The notes: generated by a model from the letters alone, not told the origin. DNA of 64,000 nucleotides from Dehalococcoidia bacterium (GCA_030740155.1 JASLXV010000023.1:1-64000); one strand, 5' to 3'; positions 9,532-20,038 are shown, counted from the stretch's first letter. A program made the numbers and translations.

Positions 9532-9787
9532 CGGCCGGGCAAGAGAGAGATTGTCGTTGCTGAAAGCTACAAACTCGAGGGCCGGCTCCCAGTGGTTGGG
9601 TTTTGACGCCCCGGCCGTCGGCACTTCGACTTTCGCACCGGCGGCTCGCGTCGAGGGGCGCGCCGGGATGGCCCCTGGCCGTAGCGGGGACGAACCTTCG
9701 ACTCGACTCTTGCTTTCGTCCGGGGCCGCGAAGTTGAACTGCTTGACAAAAAGCTGGTATAGCTCAAAATTGATTGCTGTTCCGCTG

Positions 9788-11122
9788 TTGAATGCCGGGT
9801 GTCTTAAACCCCCGGCTCCGGGCAGGCAACCGGGAACGGGCGGGGCCGAGGAGCAGCTAATAAACAAACGCAGCCAACTGTCGTGGTTGGCCCGCATCCG
9901 GACTTTCGATTCTTTACGACTATACCGGGACTACCGCTACCTTTGGGCGGGCAACTTCTGCGCCAATTGCGCCCAGTGGCTTCAGCTACTCTCGGTGGGC
10001 TGGCTGGTGCGGGACCTCACCGTCTCTACCGGGTCTTCCGCGCTCCTGGTGGTAACCGCCGGGGGACTGAACACGCTTCCGATCTTGTTGTTGGGTCCCT
10101 GGGGTGGAGTCCTGGGCGACCGCATCAACCGCAGGAAGTTGGTGATGACGCTTCAGGCCTTTATGGCCTGTACGGCCCTCCTGTTTGCCTTCTTGGTGCG
10201 GTCCGACTACATTGAGTGGTGGCATGCCTACGTCTATGTGGTGGTGGGCGGATCATCCTGGGCCGTAACCCACTCCCTCCGGCAGGCGCTGGTGGCCAAC
10301 ACCGTGCCCAGGGAATCGGTCGTGAATGCCTATGCCTCCAACGTCTTCACGATTACGGGGACCCGGATGGTTGGCCCGTTCATCGGCGGCATCCTGATCG
10401 CCACGCTGGGGTTCTTTTGGAACTTCACGTTGGAGGCCCTGCTGTACGCGGGCACGGTGCTGGCCTATTGGCGGATGAAAACTCCCTACTACCACGGGAA
10501 CGCTTCCACCGCGACGGTTTCCCCATGGGCCAGCCTGAAAGAGGGGATCAGGTACGTGAGGAAGGGGGAAAGAGTGGTCTTCAACCTAATAGTGCTGGGC
10601 CTCATCCCCAACGCAGTCCTGCACCCGGTCCTGTTCCTGCTGCCCGTATTCACCACCGAGGTGCTGCACGGTGGCGCCGACATGGGAGGGGTACTCCTGG
10701 CTACCACCGGGCTCGGCGGGTTCCTCTCGGCTTTCACCATAGCTTCCGGCGGGTTTCAGTTCAGGAGGGGATTCGTCTGCCTGGGGGCGGTAGCCGTGAG
10801 TTCTGTCTCCGTCATTCTTTTCGCACAGGCCAGCTGGGTTGTGGCGGCGATGCTGCTGATTGGGATTATGTCTTTCGGGCAGGGGACCTTCCGCACCACC
10901 TCGGGCTCGGTGATCCAGCTCCTGGTACCCGATGTCCTGCGGGGCCGGGTAACCGCGCTGCAGCAATACACCCAGGGGTTCTTGATACTAACCAGCTTGC
11001 TCATCGGCTGGTTCGTTGACTTGACCACGGTCGTCATCGCGATAATGAGCATCGGCGCCACGGGATTGGGCCTGGCAATTTTCTCCAGCCTCACCCTCCG
11101 CCGGGTGCGCCAGCTAGGGTAG
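9788..11122 (+). CDS. MFS transporter (DHA3/EntS-like), duplicate copy 2; start uncertain (TTG 9788 or ATA 9860)
   Basis: Close paralogue of the preceding gene with the same motifs. Confidence 0.9.
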   Translation: MNAGCLKPPAPGRQPGTGGAEEQLINKRSQLSWLARIRTFDSLRLYRDYRYLWAGNFCANCAQWLQLLSVGWLVRDLTVSTGSSALLVVTAGGLNTLPILLLGPWGGVLGDRINRRKLVMTLQAFMACTALLFAFLVRSDYIEWWHAYVYVVVGGSSWAVTHSLRQALVANTVPRESVVNAYASNVFTITGTRMVGPFIGGILIATLGFFWNFTLEALLYAGTVLAYWRMKTPYYHGNASTATVSPWASLKEGIRYVRKGERVVFNLIVLGLIPNAVLHPVLFLLPVFTTEVLHGGADMGGVLLATTGLGGFLSAFTIASGGFQFRRGFVCLGAVAVSSVSVILFAQASWVVAAMLLIGIMSFGQGTFRTTSGSVIQLLVPDVLRGRVTALQQYTQGFLILTSLLIGWFVDLTTVVIAIMSIGATGLGLAIFSSLTLRRVRQLG

Positions 11123-11148
11123 CGCAAGGGCAGAGGAGAGAAGAGAGA

Positions 11149-12645
11149 TTGTCGGTGCTGAGAGGTGGGAACTCGAAAGCCAGCTCCAAGTGGTTGGTTT
11201 TTACCGCCCTGGCCATCGGCACCTTCTTGTCGGTGGTGGACCACGGCAGCGTCATTGTGGCCCTTCCCACCATAGAGGCCCATTTCGGCACCGACCTGCC
11301 CACCGTCCAGTGGGTGATCGTGGGCTATGCCTTGACCATCAGCGTCCTGCTGTTGCCCATGGGGCGGTTGGGCGACATGGTCGGCCGGAAACGGATCTAC
11401 ATCGCCGGCTTCTCCATCTTCGTCGTGGCCTCCGCTCTAGCCGGCGCATCTCCCGATCTAGCGTTGCTGATCGGCGCCAAAATCCTTCAGGGAGTCGGGT
11501 CGGCCATGATCCAGGGTAATAGCATGGCCATCGTCATCTCGACTTTTGCCGAGACGGAACGTGGCAAAGCACTGGGCTCCCATCTCAGCGTAGTCGGCAC
11601 GGGGGCGGTGGCCGGCCCGGCGTTGGGCGGCCTACTGATCAGCGTCCTCGATTGGCGTTGGGTCTTCTTCATCAACGTCCCCATTGGGCTCATCGGCATC
11701 GCCGTGGCACTCCTGGTCTTGCAGGGGGAACGCCACATTGAGGAAGCGGAAGATAGCGGACGGCAGTCCTTCGACTGGATGGGTGCGGTGCTCTCGGGGG
11801 TGACCCTGCTGGCCTTCCTGATGGTGGTCGGCAACGGGGACCGGGTTGGGTGGACCTCCTGGCCGGTTGTGGCGGGAACCGCGGCCGCGGTTCTCTTTTT
11901 GGCCGCATTCATCTGGTGGGAGCTGCGGATTGAATCCCCCATGCTGGAACTCCGGCTGTTCCGGCGCAAGCTGGTGGCCCTGGGCGTGGCAGCCGGCTGG
12001 ATATCCTTCCTGGGCACGGCGGCAGCTCGTTTCATGATGCCCTTCTACCTCCAGCGGGTCCTGGAATACAGCCCCGGAAAGGTTGGTCTGTTCATGATCC
12101 CCGCAGCGCTTTGCATGGTGTTCGTGGGCCCGGTGGCCGGCCGGCTTTCCGACCGGTACGGCTGGCGGCGGTTTACCGCCGGCGGCCTGGCCCTCTCGGC
12201 GGCCGCCTCATTTATTCTGGCCATCGGCCTGACGCCGACCTCGCACGTCATGCTGGTTATCGTGATGCTGATGCTGCTGAGCACCGGCACCGGCCTGTTC
12301 AACTCGCCGAACAATAGCTCCATCATGAGCGCGGTGGAGCGGTCCAGGTACGGCGTGATCTCGGCGCTGACCCAGTTGGTGCGCAATTCAGCGAACGTCA
12401 CCAGCGTGGCCCTATCCACTACCATCGTGGTGATCACCATGGGTTCGCAGGGCGTTGAGCCCAGCCTGGATGCCGTTTCCCCCGAGGTGGCTGGAGCCTT
12501 CGTCGATGGCCTGCACAACGCGTTCCTGCTGATGGGAATCCTTCTGGTCGTGGGCATGATTATCTGCCTGGTAAGAGGAGATGCGCCCCGGCAAGTACCG
12601 GCAGAATCCGGGGCGGAAGAACATGGAACCGCCCGCCTCCATTAG
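11149..12645 (+). CDS. MFS transporter, DHA2 (EmrB/QacA) family
   Basis: VIVALPTI, GRLGDMVGRKR, WRWVFFINVPIG motifs; TTG start. Confidence 0.93.
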   Translation: MSVLRGGNSKASSKWLVFTALAIGTFLSVVDHGSVIVALPTIEAHFGTDLPTVQWVIVGYALTISVLLLPMGRLGDMVGRKRIYIAGFSIFVVASALAGASPDLALLIGAKILQGVGSAMIQGNSMAIVISTFAETERGKALGSHLSVVGTGAVAGPALGGLLISVLDWRWVFFINVPIGLIGIAVALLVLQGERHIEEAEDSGRQSFDWMGAVLSGVTLLAFLMVVGNGDRVGWTSWPVVAGTAAAVLFLAAFIWWELRIESPMLELRLFRRKLVALGVAAGWISFLGTAAARFMMPFYLQRVLEYSPGKVGLFMIPAALCMVFVGPVAGRLSDRYGWRRFTAGGLALSAAASFILAIGLTPTSHVMLVIVMLMLLSTGTGLFNSPNNSSIMSAVERSRYGVISALTQLVRNSANVTSVALSTTIVVITMGSQGVEPSLDAVSPEVAGAFVDGLHNAFLLMGILLVVGMIICLVRGDAPRQVPAESGAEEHGTARLH

Positions 12646-12674
12646 CCCCCATCCAGCGGGGTCACACCTTGACC

Positions 12675-12703
12675 TTGACACCCGATTCCGCGGATGGCAG
12701 AAT
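12675..12703 (+). promoter_or_regulatory. Putative sigma70 promoter of the CDGSH gene
   Basis: TTGACA-N17-CAGAAT with TG extended -10. Confidence 0.55.
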
Positions 12704-12815
12704 GCGGTGCTATCCGGCGGCTGATTGCAGGAACGGCCCAGGTTGCAACGTGACACCGCCTGACATTGCCTGACATTGAATGAAGCGAATGAATCCCGAA
12801 GGATGGTGAGGAGAT

Positions 12816-13022
12816 ATGCCCGACGTCAAGATAGAAGTCCGCGCCAACGCCGGAAACCGCGTCTACGGACCCTTTGAACTGGTAGACCAGGACGGCAACG
12901 CGTACACGATCCCCGAAGGTCAGTGGGTGTCTCTATGCCGCTGCGGCCTATCCAAGAATAAGCCTTTTTGCGACAGCGCCCACCGGGACTCCGGCTTCGA
13001 AGCCGCCTCGAAAGCCAGGTAA
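12816..13022 (+). CDS. CDGSH iron-sulfur domain protein
   Basis: LCRCGLSKNKPFCDSAH motif; RBS GAGGAG. Confidence 0.93.
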   Translation: MPDVKIEVRANAGNRVYGPFELVDQDGNAYTIPEGQWVSLCRCGLSKNKPFCDSAHRDSGFEAASKAR

Positions 13023-13160
13023 CGCCCTAACCCGGACCCGCCAAGAGCCCGGCTGAACCGCCTCCGCCGGGGATGCGCGAGCTGAAGCGGCTGGGTTTGG
13101 TTTAGCGTCTTGTAGATAGCGTGACGTCGGCCCAATCGGGCGTCATTCCTTCCCCACGCC

Positions 13161-13260
13161 CGTCTTTCCGGCGAAGGCCGGAATCCAGGGATGTGCCGGC
13201 TGGGTCCCGGCCTTCGCCGGGATGACGATGGGGTATCAAGCCATCTACGAGATGCTGGAC
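13161..13260. repeat. CGTC-type palindromic repeat with conserved tail, copy 2
   Basis: CGTCTTTCCGGCGAAGGCCGGAATCCAG...CTGGGTCCCGGCCTTCGCCGGGATGACG; matches 4664-4754; half copy at 43929-43955. Confidence 0.85.
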
Positions 13261-13478
13261 TAAAGGCCTGTCAACTGATTGCTGATGACGGTCTTACGTC
13301 AGTCCCCACGGTCAATATCCAAGAATGACATCCTGAAATAACCAAGTAGACTGAGTACGCGCAGTATCAAGCCCCCGGCCAACTCCGTAGAGCTGGGAAA
13401 GCCGCCGAGACTATCCGGCCCGCGCCTCGCGGCCGTCTCGGAACCGCTAGGGAGCGGCGGTGAGAGAGGCGGCCCAGG

Positions 13479-14549
13479 CTAGGTAGACCGGAACTTCCTC
13501 TTCATGGCCCGGACCGAAGCCAGGCGTTCCTCGGCCAGCCGGTCGGCGGCCCGGGCTGTGGGAATTTCCTCTTCCTTGGATATCTGGATTACCCGGCCCA
13601 TGGTGTCGTAGATGCGCTCGGTCTTCTCCCGGGCCCGGTCGGGGTGGTAAGCTGTCCCGATTTCCATGGCGACGTTGATGATGCCACCGGCGTTGATGAT
13701 GTAGTCCGGGGCGTATAGGATCCCCCGCCGGTTCAGCGCTTCCCCGTCGCCCTCCGTCAGGAGTTGGTTATTGGCCCCTCCGGCCACCACCCGGCACTTG
13801 AGCCTGGGAATGGTGTCGCCGTTCAGCACGCCGCCCAGGGCGCAAGGGGCGAAGATGTCACAATCCACGTCGTATATCTGTTCCGGCGACACGACCTCGA
13901 GGCCCAGGCTCCGTGCCCGGTCCAGTGCGTCTTCGAAAACGTCGGTGACCACTACCTGAGCGTCCTCTTTCATCAAGTGGTGTGCGGTGTAGAGTCCCAC
14001 CTTTCCGAACCCCTGGAGGGCCACCTTCTTGCCCGTGAGGGAATCGGAGCCCCAAACCTCGCGGGCGCAGGCTTTCATGCCCACGTAGATTCCCAAGCCG
14101 GTCATGACGGAGGTGTCGCCGCTGCCGCCTGCGGTGATGGGAAGTCCTACCACGTGAGCCGTCTCCTGGCGAATATACTCCAGGTCGAGACCGGTGCTTC
14201 CTACGTCGGTGGTGGTCAGGTAGCGTCCACCCAGGGTGTCCACGAAGGAGCCGTAAGCCCGCAACAGGGCCTCGGTTTTCTGGGTATGAGGGTTGGCAAT
14301 GATCACGGCCTTACCGCCTCCGAGAGGCACGTCTGCGGCCGCCGCCTTGTAGGTCATGGCTTGGGAGAGGCGGAGCGCGTCCTGAACTGCGTCCTCCTCC
14401 GCAGTGTAGGGCCAGATGCGGGTACCGCCGCAGGCTGGGCCCAGGGTTGTGTCGTGAATGGCGATGATGGCTTTGAGGCCTACCGCCGGGTCGGCGCAGA
14501 TAACCAGTTGCTCGTGTCCGTGGCAGCCCATGTAGTCAAAGATCTTCAT
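13479..14549 (-). CDS. Leu/Val/Phe dehydrogenase (Glu/Leu/Phe/Val family)
   Basis: AIHDTTLGPACGGTR, GGGKAVI, GFGKVG, GGANNQL, YAPDYIINAGG; GGAGG RBS before ATG 14549. Confidence 0.95.
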   Translation of the reverse strand: MKIFDYMGCHGHEQLVICADPAVGLKAIIAIHDTTLGPACGGTRIWPYTAEEDAVQDALRLSQAMTYKAAAADVPLGGGKAVIIANPHTQKTEALLRAYGSFVDTLGGRYLTTTDVGSTGLDLEYIRQETAHVVGLPITAGGSGDTSVMTGLGIYVGMKACAREVWGSDSLTGKKVALQGFGKVGLYTAHHLMKEDAQVVVTDVFEDALDRARSLGLEVVSPEQIYDVDCDIFAPCALGGVLNGDTIPRLKCRVVAGGANNQLLTEGDGEALNRRGILYAPDYIINAGGIINVAMEIGTAYHPDRAREKTERIYDTMGRVIQISKEEEIPTARAADRLAEERLASVRAMKRKFRST

Positions 14550-14751
14550 CGCAAGGGACCTCCTCGCCAAAGGATTGGGGCCATATCGAAATCCGCTTCT
14601 ACCCTAGTAGGATTCACGACAGGTATAGCCGGTTCAGGGTCGGAGTTGAGTGCCGTGGTTTACCATTCCATTATAACCCGGCGGGGCGGAAGGAGGACAT
14701 AGGCGCCTCTACCCGAGAGCGCCGCCATAGGGGTCGCCCGAATCCGGAGGC

Positions 14752-16101
14752 TCAGGTCCCTCGTTCCACGGCCTCGGCCCGGCGGGCCTCAGGCCTCCGT
14801 AGCGACGGCTTTTTGGCAATGAAGAAGAGGATACCGCCGATGAAGTTCACTGCGGCCAGGACCACAAACGCGATGTCGTAGGTGCCCGTGGTGTCCCGGA
14901 TGTAACCCGCGAAAGGGGCGGAGAGCAACATCATGATGTTCATCGGCAATGTGGAGAAGCCCAGGATCGATCCAAAGGACGCCCGGCCGAAGTACTCGCC
15001 TCGGATCGTTACAGTCATGGGATTGCGTCCTCCCCACCCGATCCCGAGCAGAACCGCGAAGAGGAAGATCATGGTGAGACTGTCCGGCGAGGTTAGCAAC
15101 ACCACCGCCCCCGCCTGGATCGTGGTGAAGACGAGCAAGCCCAGCCTTACCGGTATCTTGCTGCCGACGTAGCCTCCCACCAGTTGAAAGACCATCGCGA
15201 GGCCGGTGTACGTGGCAACTACCCAGGCCGTGGTCTGCACCTGAAACCCCGCGTCGCCCAACAGCAGGCCCAGGTGGACCCAGATGGCGGGAAGCGGAAT
15301 GGTGGTGCATCCGTGGCCGAAAGAGATCAGCCAGAAAGCAGGGGTCCGGAGCGCCTGGGAGAGGGTAAAGTCTACGTCTGTCCCCTCGGTTTCAGCCTTT
15401 GCCTCGGCAGAACGGCGTCCCGGCGCGGCCACCACCGGGCGAGGCGCCGGCGCCGCTCCGTCGGGGAGCAGGCCGTATTCCTGGGGGCGGTTGCGGATCA
15501 GCCGGGTCAAGGGAAAGGCCACCGCCAGAATGAAAATGCCTATGATGAGGGCGGTGAGCTGCCAACCCAGCCGGTCCTGGTCCGGGTCGATGGCCCAGGC
15601 GATGGCCGGCACCAGCAGCAGAGCGCCGAAGCGGCCGCCGGCGTTGGACCACCCCACGGCGATGGCCCGGCGCCGGGAGAACCAGTGGTTCAGCATGGTC
15701 ATCATCGGGACCCAACTGGCGAAGCCTTGGCCCAGCGCCATGACGATGTAGGCCAGGTAGAACATCCAGATGTTCTGGACCCGGCTGAACAGCAGGAACC
15801 CCGAGCCCCCAATGAGCAAGCCGATCAGGACCATGCGCCGGGTCCCGATCCGGTCGGTCAGGTACCCCTCGATGGGCCCCAACATGCCCCCCTCGATCCG
15901 GGCCAGGGTCATGGCGAAGCCCATTTGCGTCCGGTTCCAGCCGAACTGCCGCTCCAGTGCCACCGCCCAAACGGTCATGGATTGGGAAAGGGGTACACTG
16001 GCCAGCACCGTAACGAAACTGCTGATGGGGACCAGCCACCAACCGTAAAAAACTCCCCGCAATCTGCCGGGGAGGTGTGTCGACGGGCTCGGGGGTTCCA
16101 A
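14752..16101 (-). CDS. MFS transporter (OFA/MCT-like), paralogue 3
   Basis: C-terminal part of the track ORF; TTG at 16101 with GGAAGG RBS; FYGWWLV, GYLTDRIGTRR, EYFGRASFG. Confidence 0.9.
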   Translation of the reverse strand: MEPPSPSTHLPGRLRGVFYGWWLVPISSFVTVLASVPLSQSMTVWAVALERQFGWNRTQMGFAMTLARIEGGMLGPIEGYLTDRIGTRRMVLIGLLIGGSGFLLFSRVQNIWMFYLAYIVMALGQGFASWVPMMTMLNHWFSRRRAIAVGWSNAGGRFGALLLVPAIAWAIDPDQDRLGWQLTALIIGIFILAVAFPLTRLIRNRPQEYGLLPDGAAPAPRPVVAAPGRRSAEAKAETEGTDVDFTLSQALRTPAFWLISFGHGCTTIPLPAIWVHLGLLLGDAGFQVQTTAWVVATYTGLAMVFQLVGGYVGSKIPVRLGLLVFTTIQAGAVVLLTSPDSLTMIFLFAVLLGIGWGGRNPMTVTIRGEYFGRASFGSILGFSTLPMNIMMLLSAPFAGYIRDTTGTYDIAFVVLAAVNFIGGILFFIAKKPSLRRPEARRAEAVERGT

Positions 16102-16217
16102 AGCTAGTTTCCTTCCGGCTCGGCCCTTTGTCTTACTGCGGGCCTCGCGGTACGGCTTTTGGAAGAGTAGCATATCAAAACATTTGCTGTCGAAAGCATC
16201 ATCGCCGGTGGGTCCGG

Positions 16218-17567
16218 CTAGCCGCCCCGGCTGACCGCCTCGGGCTGGCTGGCCGCCGGACTCCGGCGCGCCGGCTTCTTGGCCATGAAGAAGAGGATCC
16301 CACCCAGGAAATTCAACCCTCCCAGTATCAGGAAAGCCATGGTGTAGGTGCCGGTGGTGTCCCGAATGTAGCCGGCGAAGGGGGCCGAGGCCAGCATCAG
16401 GATGTTCATCGGCACCGTGGAGAAGCCCAGAATCTTGCCAAACGACTCCCGGCCAAAGTATTCGCCACGAATGCCTATGAGCAGCGGATTGCGTCCACCC
16501 CAACCGATGCCCATCAACACGGCGAAAAGGTAGATCATGAAGTGATTGCTCGGCGAGGTGAGGGTCAATATCGCGACCGCTTGGACCGACGTGAAGATCA
16601 GCAACCCGAATCGCTTGGGAAACATGTCGCCGATATAGCCCCCTATTAGCTGGAAGATCATTCCAACGCCGGTGTAGGTGGCGACGACCAGCGCAGTCGT
16701 CTGCAACGGGAAACCCGCGTCTCCCAGGAGCAAACCCAGGTGGACCTGCATTGCTGGGAGCACTATGGTGGCGAACCCGTGGCCGAAGGATATGAACCAG
16801 AAAGCGGGGGTACTGATGGCCTGGGTGAACGTAAAGTCGGTGTCCGGCCCGTCGACCGGCGTCTGGCCGGCGGTGGGCCTGCGGCCATGCACGGCCACCA
16901 CCGGGTGGGGCGTCTCCTTCTCGCCATCGGGAAGCAGTCCGTACTCCTGGGGCCGGTTGCGGATCAACCGGGTGAAAGGGAAGGCCACCACCAGAACGAA
17001 CACGCCAATAATCAGCGCCGTGAGGCTCCAACCAAGCCGGTCGTAGTCCGGGTCGATGGCCCAGGCGATGGCCGGCACCAGGATCAGCGCGCCCAGGCGG
17101 CCGCCGGCGTTGGACCACCCGACCGCGACCGACCGGCGACGGGAGAACCAGTGGTTCAGCATGGTCATCAGCGGGATCCAGCTGGCAAAGCCCTGGCCTA
17201 TCGCCATGACCACGTAGGCCAGGTAGAACATCCACAGGCTGTGGACCTGGCTGAAAAGGATGAAGCCGATGCCCCCAGCCACCAGGCCGAACAGGACGGT
17301 GCGCCGGGTCCCAATCCGGTCGGAGAGGTAGCCCTCCAACGGTCCCAGGATACCACCCTCGACCCGGGCCAGAGTCATGGCGAAGCCCAACTGGGTCCGG
17401 CTCCAGCCGAATTCGCGCTCCAGCGCCACCGCCCAAACGCTCATCGCATGAGAGAAGGGCACGTTGGTCATCGTGGTTGCGAGGCTGCTGATCGGGACCA
17501 GCCACCAACCGTAGAAGATCCCCCGCTTCCGGCCGGGGAGGTTTTCGCTTGTATCGCTGGAACTCAA
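16218..17567 (-). CDS. MFS transporter (OFA/MCT-like), paralogue 2
   Basis: FYGWWLV, GYLSDRIGTRR, EYFGRESFG; TTG start. Confidence 0.92.
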   Translation of the reverse strand: MSSSDTSENLPGRKRGIFYGWWLVPISSLATTMTNVPFSHAMSVWAVALEREFGWSRTQLGFAMTLARVEGGILGPLEGYLSDRIGTRRTVLFGLVAGGIGFILFSQVHSLWMFYLAYVVMAIGQGFASWIPLMTMLNHWFSRRRSVAVGWSNAGGRLGALILVPAIAWAIDPDYDRLGWSLTALIIGVFVLVVAFPFTRLIRNRPQEYGLLPDGEKETPHPVVAVHGRRPTAGQTPVDGPDTDFTFTQAISTPAFWFISFGHGFATIVLPAMQVHLGLLLGDAGFPLQTTALVVATYTGVGMIFQLIGGYIGDMFPKRFGLLIFTSVQAVAILTLTSPSNHFMIYLFAVLMGIGWGGRNPLLIGIRGEYFGRESFGKILGFSTVPMNILMLASAPFAGYIRDTTGTYTMAFLILGGLNFLGGILFFMAKKPARRSPAASQPEAVSRGG

Positions 17568-17675
17568 ATTCAGTACACTTCCGGCTCGGCCCGTGGGCCC
17601 GCCTCACATCTGGATTGCCACATTAAAGTATCATGAAAACGTATAGTATCCCGATGATAATATCATGTCGCTCGC

Positions 17676-19010
17676 CTACGTGTCCGCCTCGGGCGGGCGG
17701 GTTGACGGACTCGGCGACGGTCTCTTGGCCAGCAAGAAGAGGAGGGCGCCGAGGAAATTCAGGGCAGCCAGGACCAGGAAAGCGACGGTGTAGGTACCTT
17801 GAACGTCCCGGACATAGCCGGCGAAGGGGGAGGCGATCATGAGCAGGACGTTCATCGGGACGGTGGACAAGCCGAGGATTTTCCCGAATGACGCCCGGCC
17901 AAAGTAGTCGCCACGGATCGCGACGGTCAGGGGATTGCGTCCCCCAAACCCCATGCCAAACAGGACGGCGAACAAGTAGAACGTGGTAAGACTGGTCGCG
18001 TACGTGAGCACCACTATCGCGCTCGCCTGAATCGTGGTAAAGATGAACAGAGCCACCCGCTTGGGGATTCGGTCACCGACGTAGCCTCCAACAAGTTGGA
18101 AAACCATCGAGACGCCGGTATAGGCGGCGACGATCCAGCCCGTGGTCTGTACGTTGAACCCCTTGTCTTCCATCAGCAAACCCAGGTGGGCCATGATGGC
18201 GATGATCACCATGGAAGTGAACCCGTGGCCGAAGGATATGAGCCAGAAAGCGGGGGTCCGCAAGGCCTGAGCGGCCGTGAGGTCTCCGCCGGCCCTCTCG
18301 CCCTCACCCGTTTCCCCGGCGCCGGCGCCCGCCGGGACCGGCGCCGAGGGAGAGACGGCCGGCCCGCCATCGGGCAGCAGGCCATACTCCTGGGGCCGGT
18401 TGCGGATCAGCCGGGAAATGGGGAAGGCCACCAGCAGAGCGAACAGCCCCAGGGCCGTGGCCGTGACCTTCCAGCCCAGCCGGTCGTGGTCCGGGTCGAT
18501 GGCCCAGGCAATGGCCGGAACCAGCAGCAGCGCCCCGCCCCGGCTGCCCACGTTGGCCCACCCCATGGCGGTCGCCCGGCGCCGGATGAACCAGTGGTTC
18601 AGCATGGTCATCAGGGGAATCCAGCTGCCCAGCCCCTGGCCCAGCGCCATGACGAGGTAGGCCAGGTAGAACATCCACAGGTTTCTGATCTGGCCGAAGA
18701 GCAAGAAGCCGGCGCCGAAGATCAGGAGGCCGAACAAGACCATGCGACGGGTCCCCGCCCGGTCGGTGAGGTAGCCCTCGAGGGGTCCCATCAAGCCGCC
18801 CTCGATCCGGGTGAAGGCCAACGCGAGACCCAACTGGGTCCGGCTCCAGCCGAAATGGCGCTCCAACGCCACCGCCCACACGCTCATCGCGAAGAAGAGG
18901 GGCACGGTGGCGATCACCATGACGAAACTGGCGACGGGCACCAGCCACCACCCGTAGAAGACTCCCCGGGGACGGCCGGGGAGGTGTCCGCTCTGGCCTG
19001 CGTTTCCCAA
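17676..19010 (-). CDS. MFS transporter (OFA/MCT-like), paralogue 1
   Basis: FYGWWLV, GYLTDRAGTRR, DYFGRASFG; TTG start. Confidence 0.92.
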   Translation of the reverse strand: MGNAGQSGHLPGRPRGVFYGWWLVPVASFVMVIATVPLFFAMSVWAVALERHFGWSRTQLGLALAFTRIEGGLMGPLEGYLTDRAGTRRMVLFGLLIFGAGFLLFGQIRNLWMFYLAYLVMALGQGLGSWIPLMTMLNHWFIRRRATAMGWANVGSRGGALLLVPAIAWAIDPDHDRLGWKVTATALGLFALLVAFPISRLIRNRPQEYGLLPDGGPAVSPSAPVPAGAGAGETGEGERAGGDLTAAQALRTPAFWLISFGHGFTSMVIIAIMAHLGLLMEDKGFNVQTTGWIVAAYTGVSMVFQLVGGYVGDRIPKRVALFIFTTIQASAIVVLTYATSLTTFYLFAVLFGMGFGGRNPLTVAIRGDYFGRASFGKILGLSTVPMNVLLMIASPFAGYVRDVQGTYTVAFLVLAALNFLGALLFLLAKRPSPSPSTRPPEADT

Positions 19011-19172
19011 GGCCCACTCCGATCTCGCTCGAACCGTTGCCCCGGTTCGAGCCGCCGCTTCCGGTCACCCCGAGACTATCAGAAGTTGGCGTGGGTGGTC
19101 TATCGGCTCATCGAAGCGGAGGAAATCAACCCACGGTGGCCAGGGATCGAGCCCGGCTAGGGCGGCTCCCGG

Positions 19173-20018
19173 TCAGCCCCGGTCACTCCGGGTTGTTTCG
19201 AGCCACAGTTGGTATACCGTGTTCTTGGGCATATCCAGCGATACGGCCACCTGGGCCACCGCCTCTTTCGCCCGGGTCCCGGCCTCCCGCAGCCGGGACA
19301 GCTCCCGGCGGGCCTCCTCCAGTTGGGACGGCGGTGGGCCGGCGGGCAATGGCTCTTCGGGCGCTCCCCGCACCACCAGGACCAGCTCTCCCAGGGGGGC
19401 CTGAAAGTGTTCCACGGCCTCGGATAACGAGCCTCGGAACACCTCTTCGTGTAGCTTGGTCAGCTCCCGGCACACGGCGACCTCCCGGTCCCCCAACTCC
19501 TCCAGCATGTCTTGCAGCGTGGCCCGCAGCCGGTGGGGAGCTTCGAACGCCACCAGCGTCAACGGGAGGGAGGAGGCCGCCCGGAGGGACTGGCGCCGGC
19601 CCTTTTTCCGCCGGGGCAGGAATCCCAGGAAGAGGAAAGCGTCGGCGGAGAGGCCGGAGACAGCCAGGGCGGTGGTGAGGGCCGACACCCCCGGAACCGA
19701 TTCCACGCGAAACCCGGCGGCGGCCGCCCGGGACACCAACTCGCTGCCCGGGTCGCTGACCGCCGGCATCCCGGCGTCGCTAACCAGCGCCACATCGCCC
19801 AACGCCAGGGCCTCCAGCAGCCGGGGAATCCGGGCCTGCTGGTTGTGCTCGTGGTAGCTCAGCAGCGGCACCCGAATCCCCAGATGGGATAGCAGCCGGC
19901 GGGTGACCCGGGTGTCCTCGGCGGCGACGAGTTGCACCTGGCCCAAGACCCGGGCCGCCCGGAGGGTCATATCCTCCAGATTTCCGATCGGTGTTCCTAC
20001 CACGAAGAGAGTGCCCAT
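19173..20018 (-). CDS. rsmI: 16S rRNA (cytidine1402-2'-O)-methyltransferase
   Basis: GTPIGNLEDMTLRA, AEDTR, SDAGMPAVSDPG, RELTKLHEE. Confidence 0.97.
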   Translation of the reverse strand: MGTLFVVGTPIGNLEDMTLRAARVLGQVQLVAAEDTRVTRRLLSHLGIRVPLLSYHEHNQQARIPRLLEALALGDVALVSDAGMPAVSDPGSELVSRAAAAGFRVESVPGVSALTTALAVSGLSADAFLFLGFLPRRKKGRRQSLRAASSLPLTLVAFEAPHRLRATLQDMLEELGDREVAVCRELTKLHEEVFRGSLSEAVEHFQAPLGELVLVVRGAPEEPLPAGPPPSQLEEARRELSRLREAGTRAKEAVAQVAVSLDMPKNTVYQLWLETTRSDRG

Positions 20019-20038
20019 GCCTTAACATATACCCTGTA

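Noticed and set aside
9551..9787. N-terminal extension of MFS copy 2
   Set aside because: It consists of the duplication scar and the duplicated promoter region
14752..17607. 951-aa fusion ORF
   Set aside because: Its N-terminal half is an off-frame shadow of the 16218..17567 gene; the real CDS starts at TTG 16101
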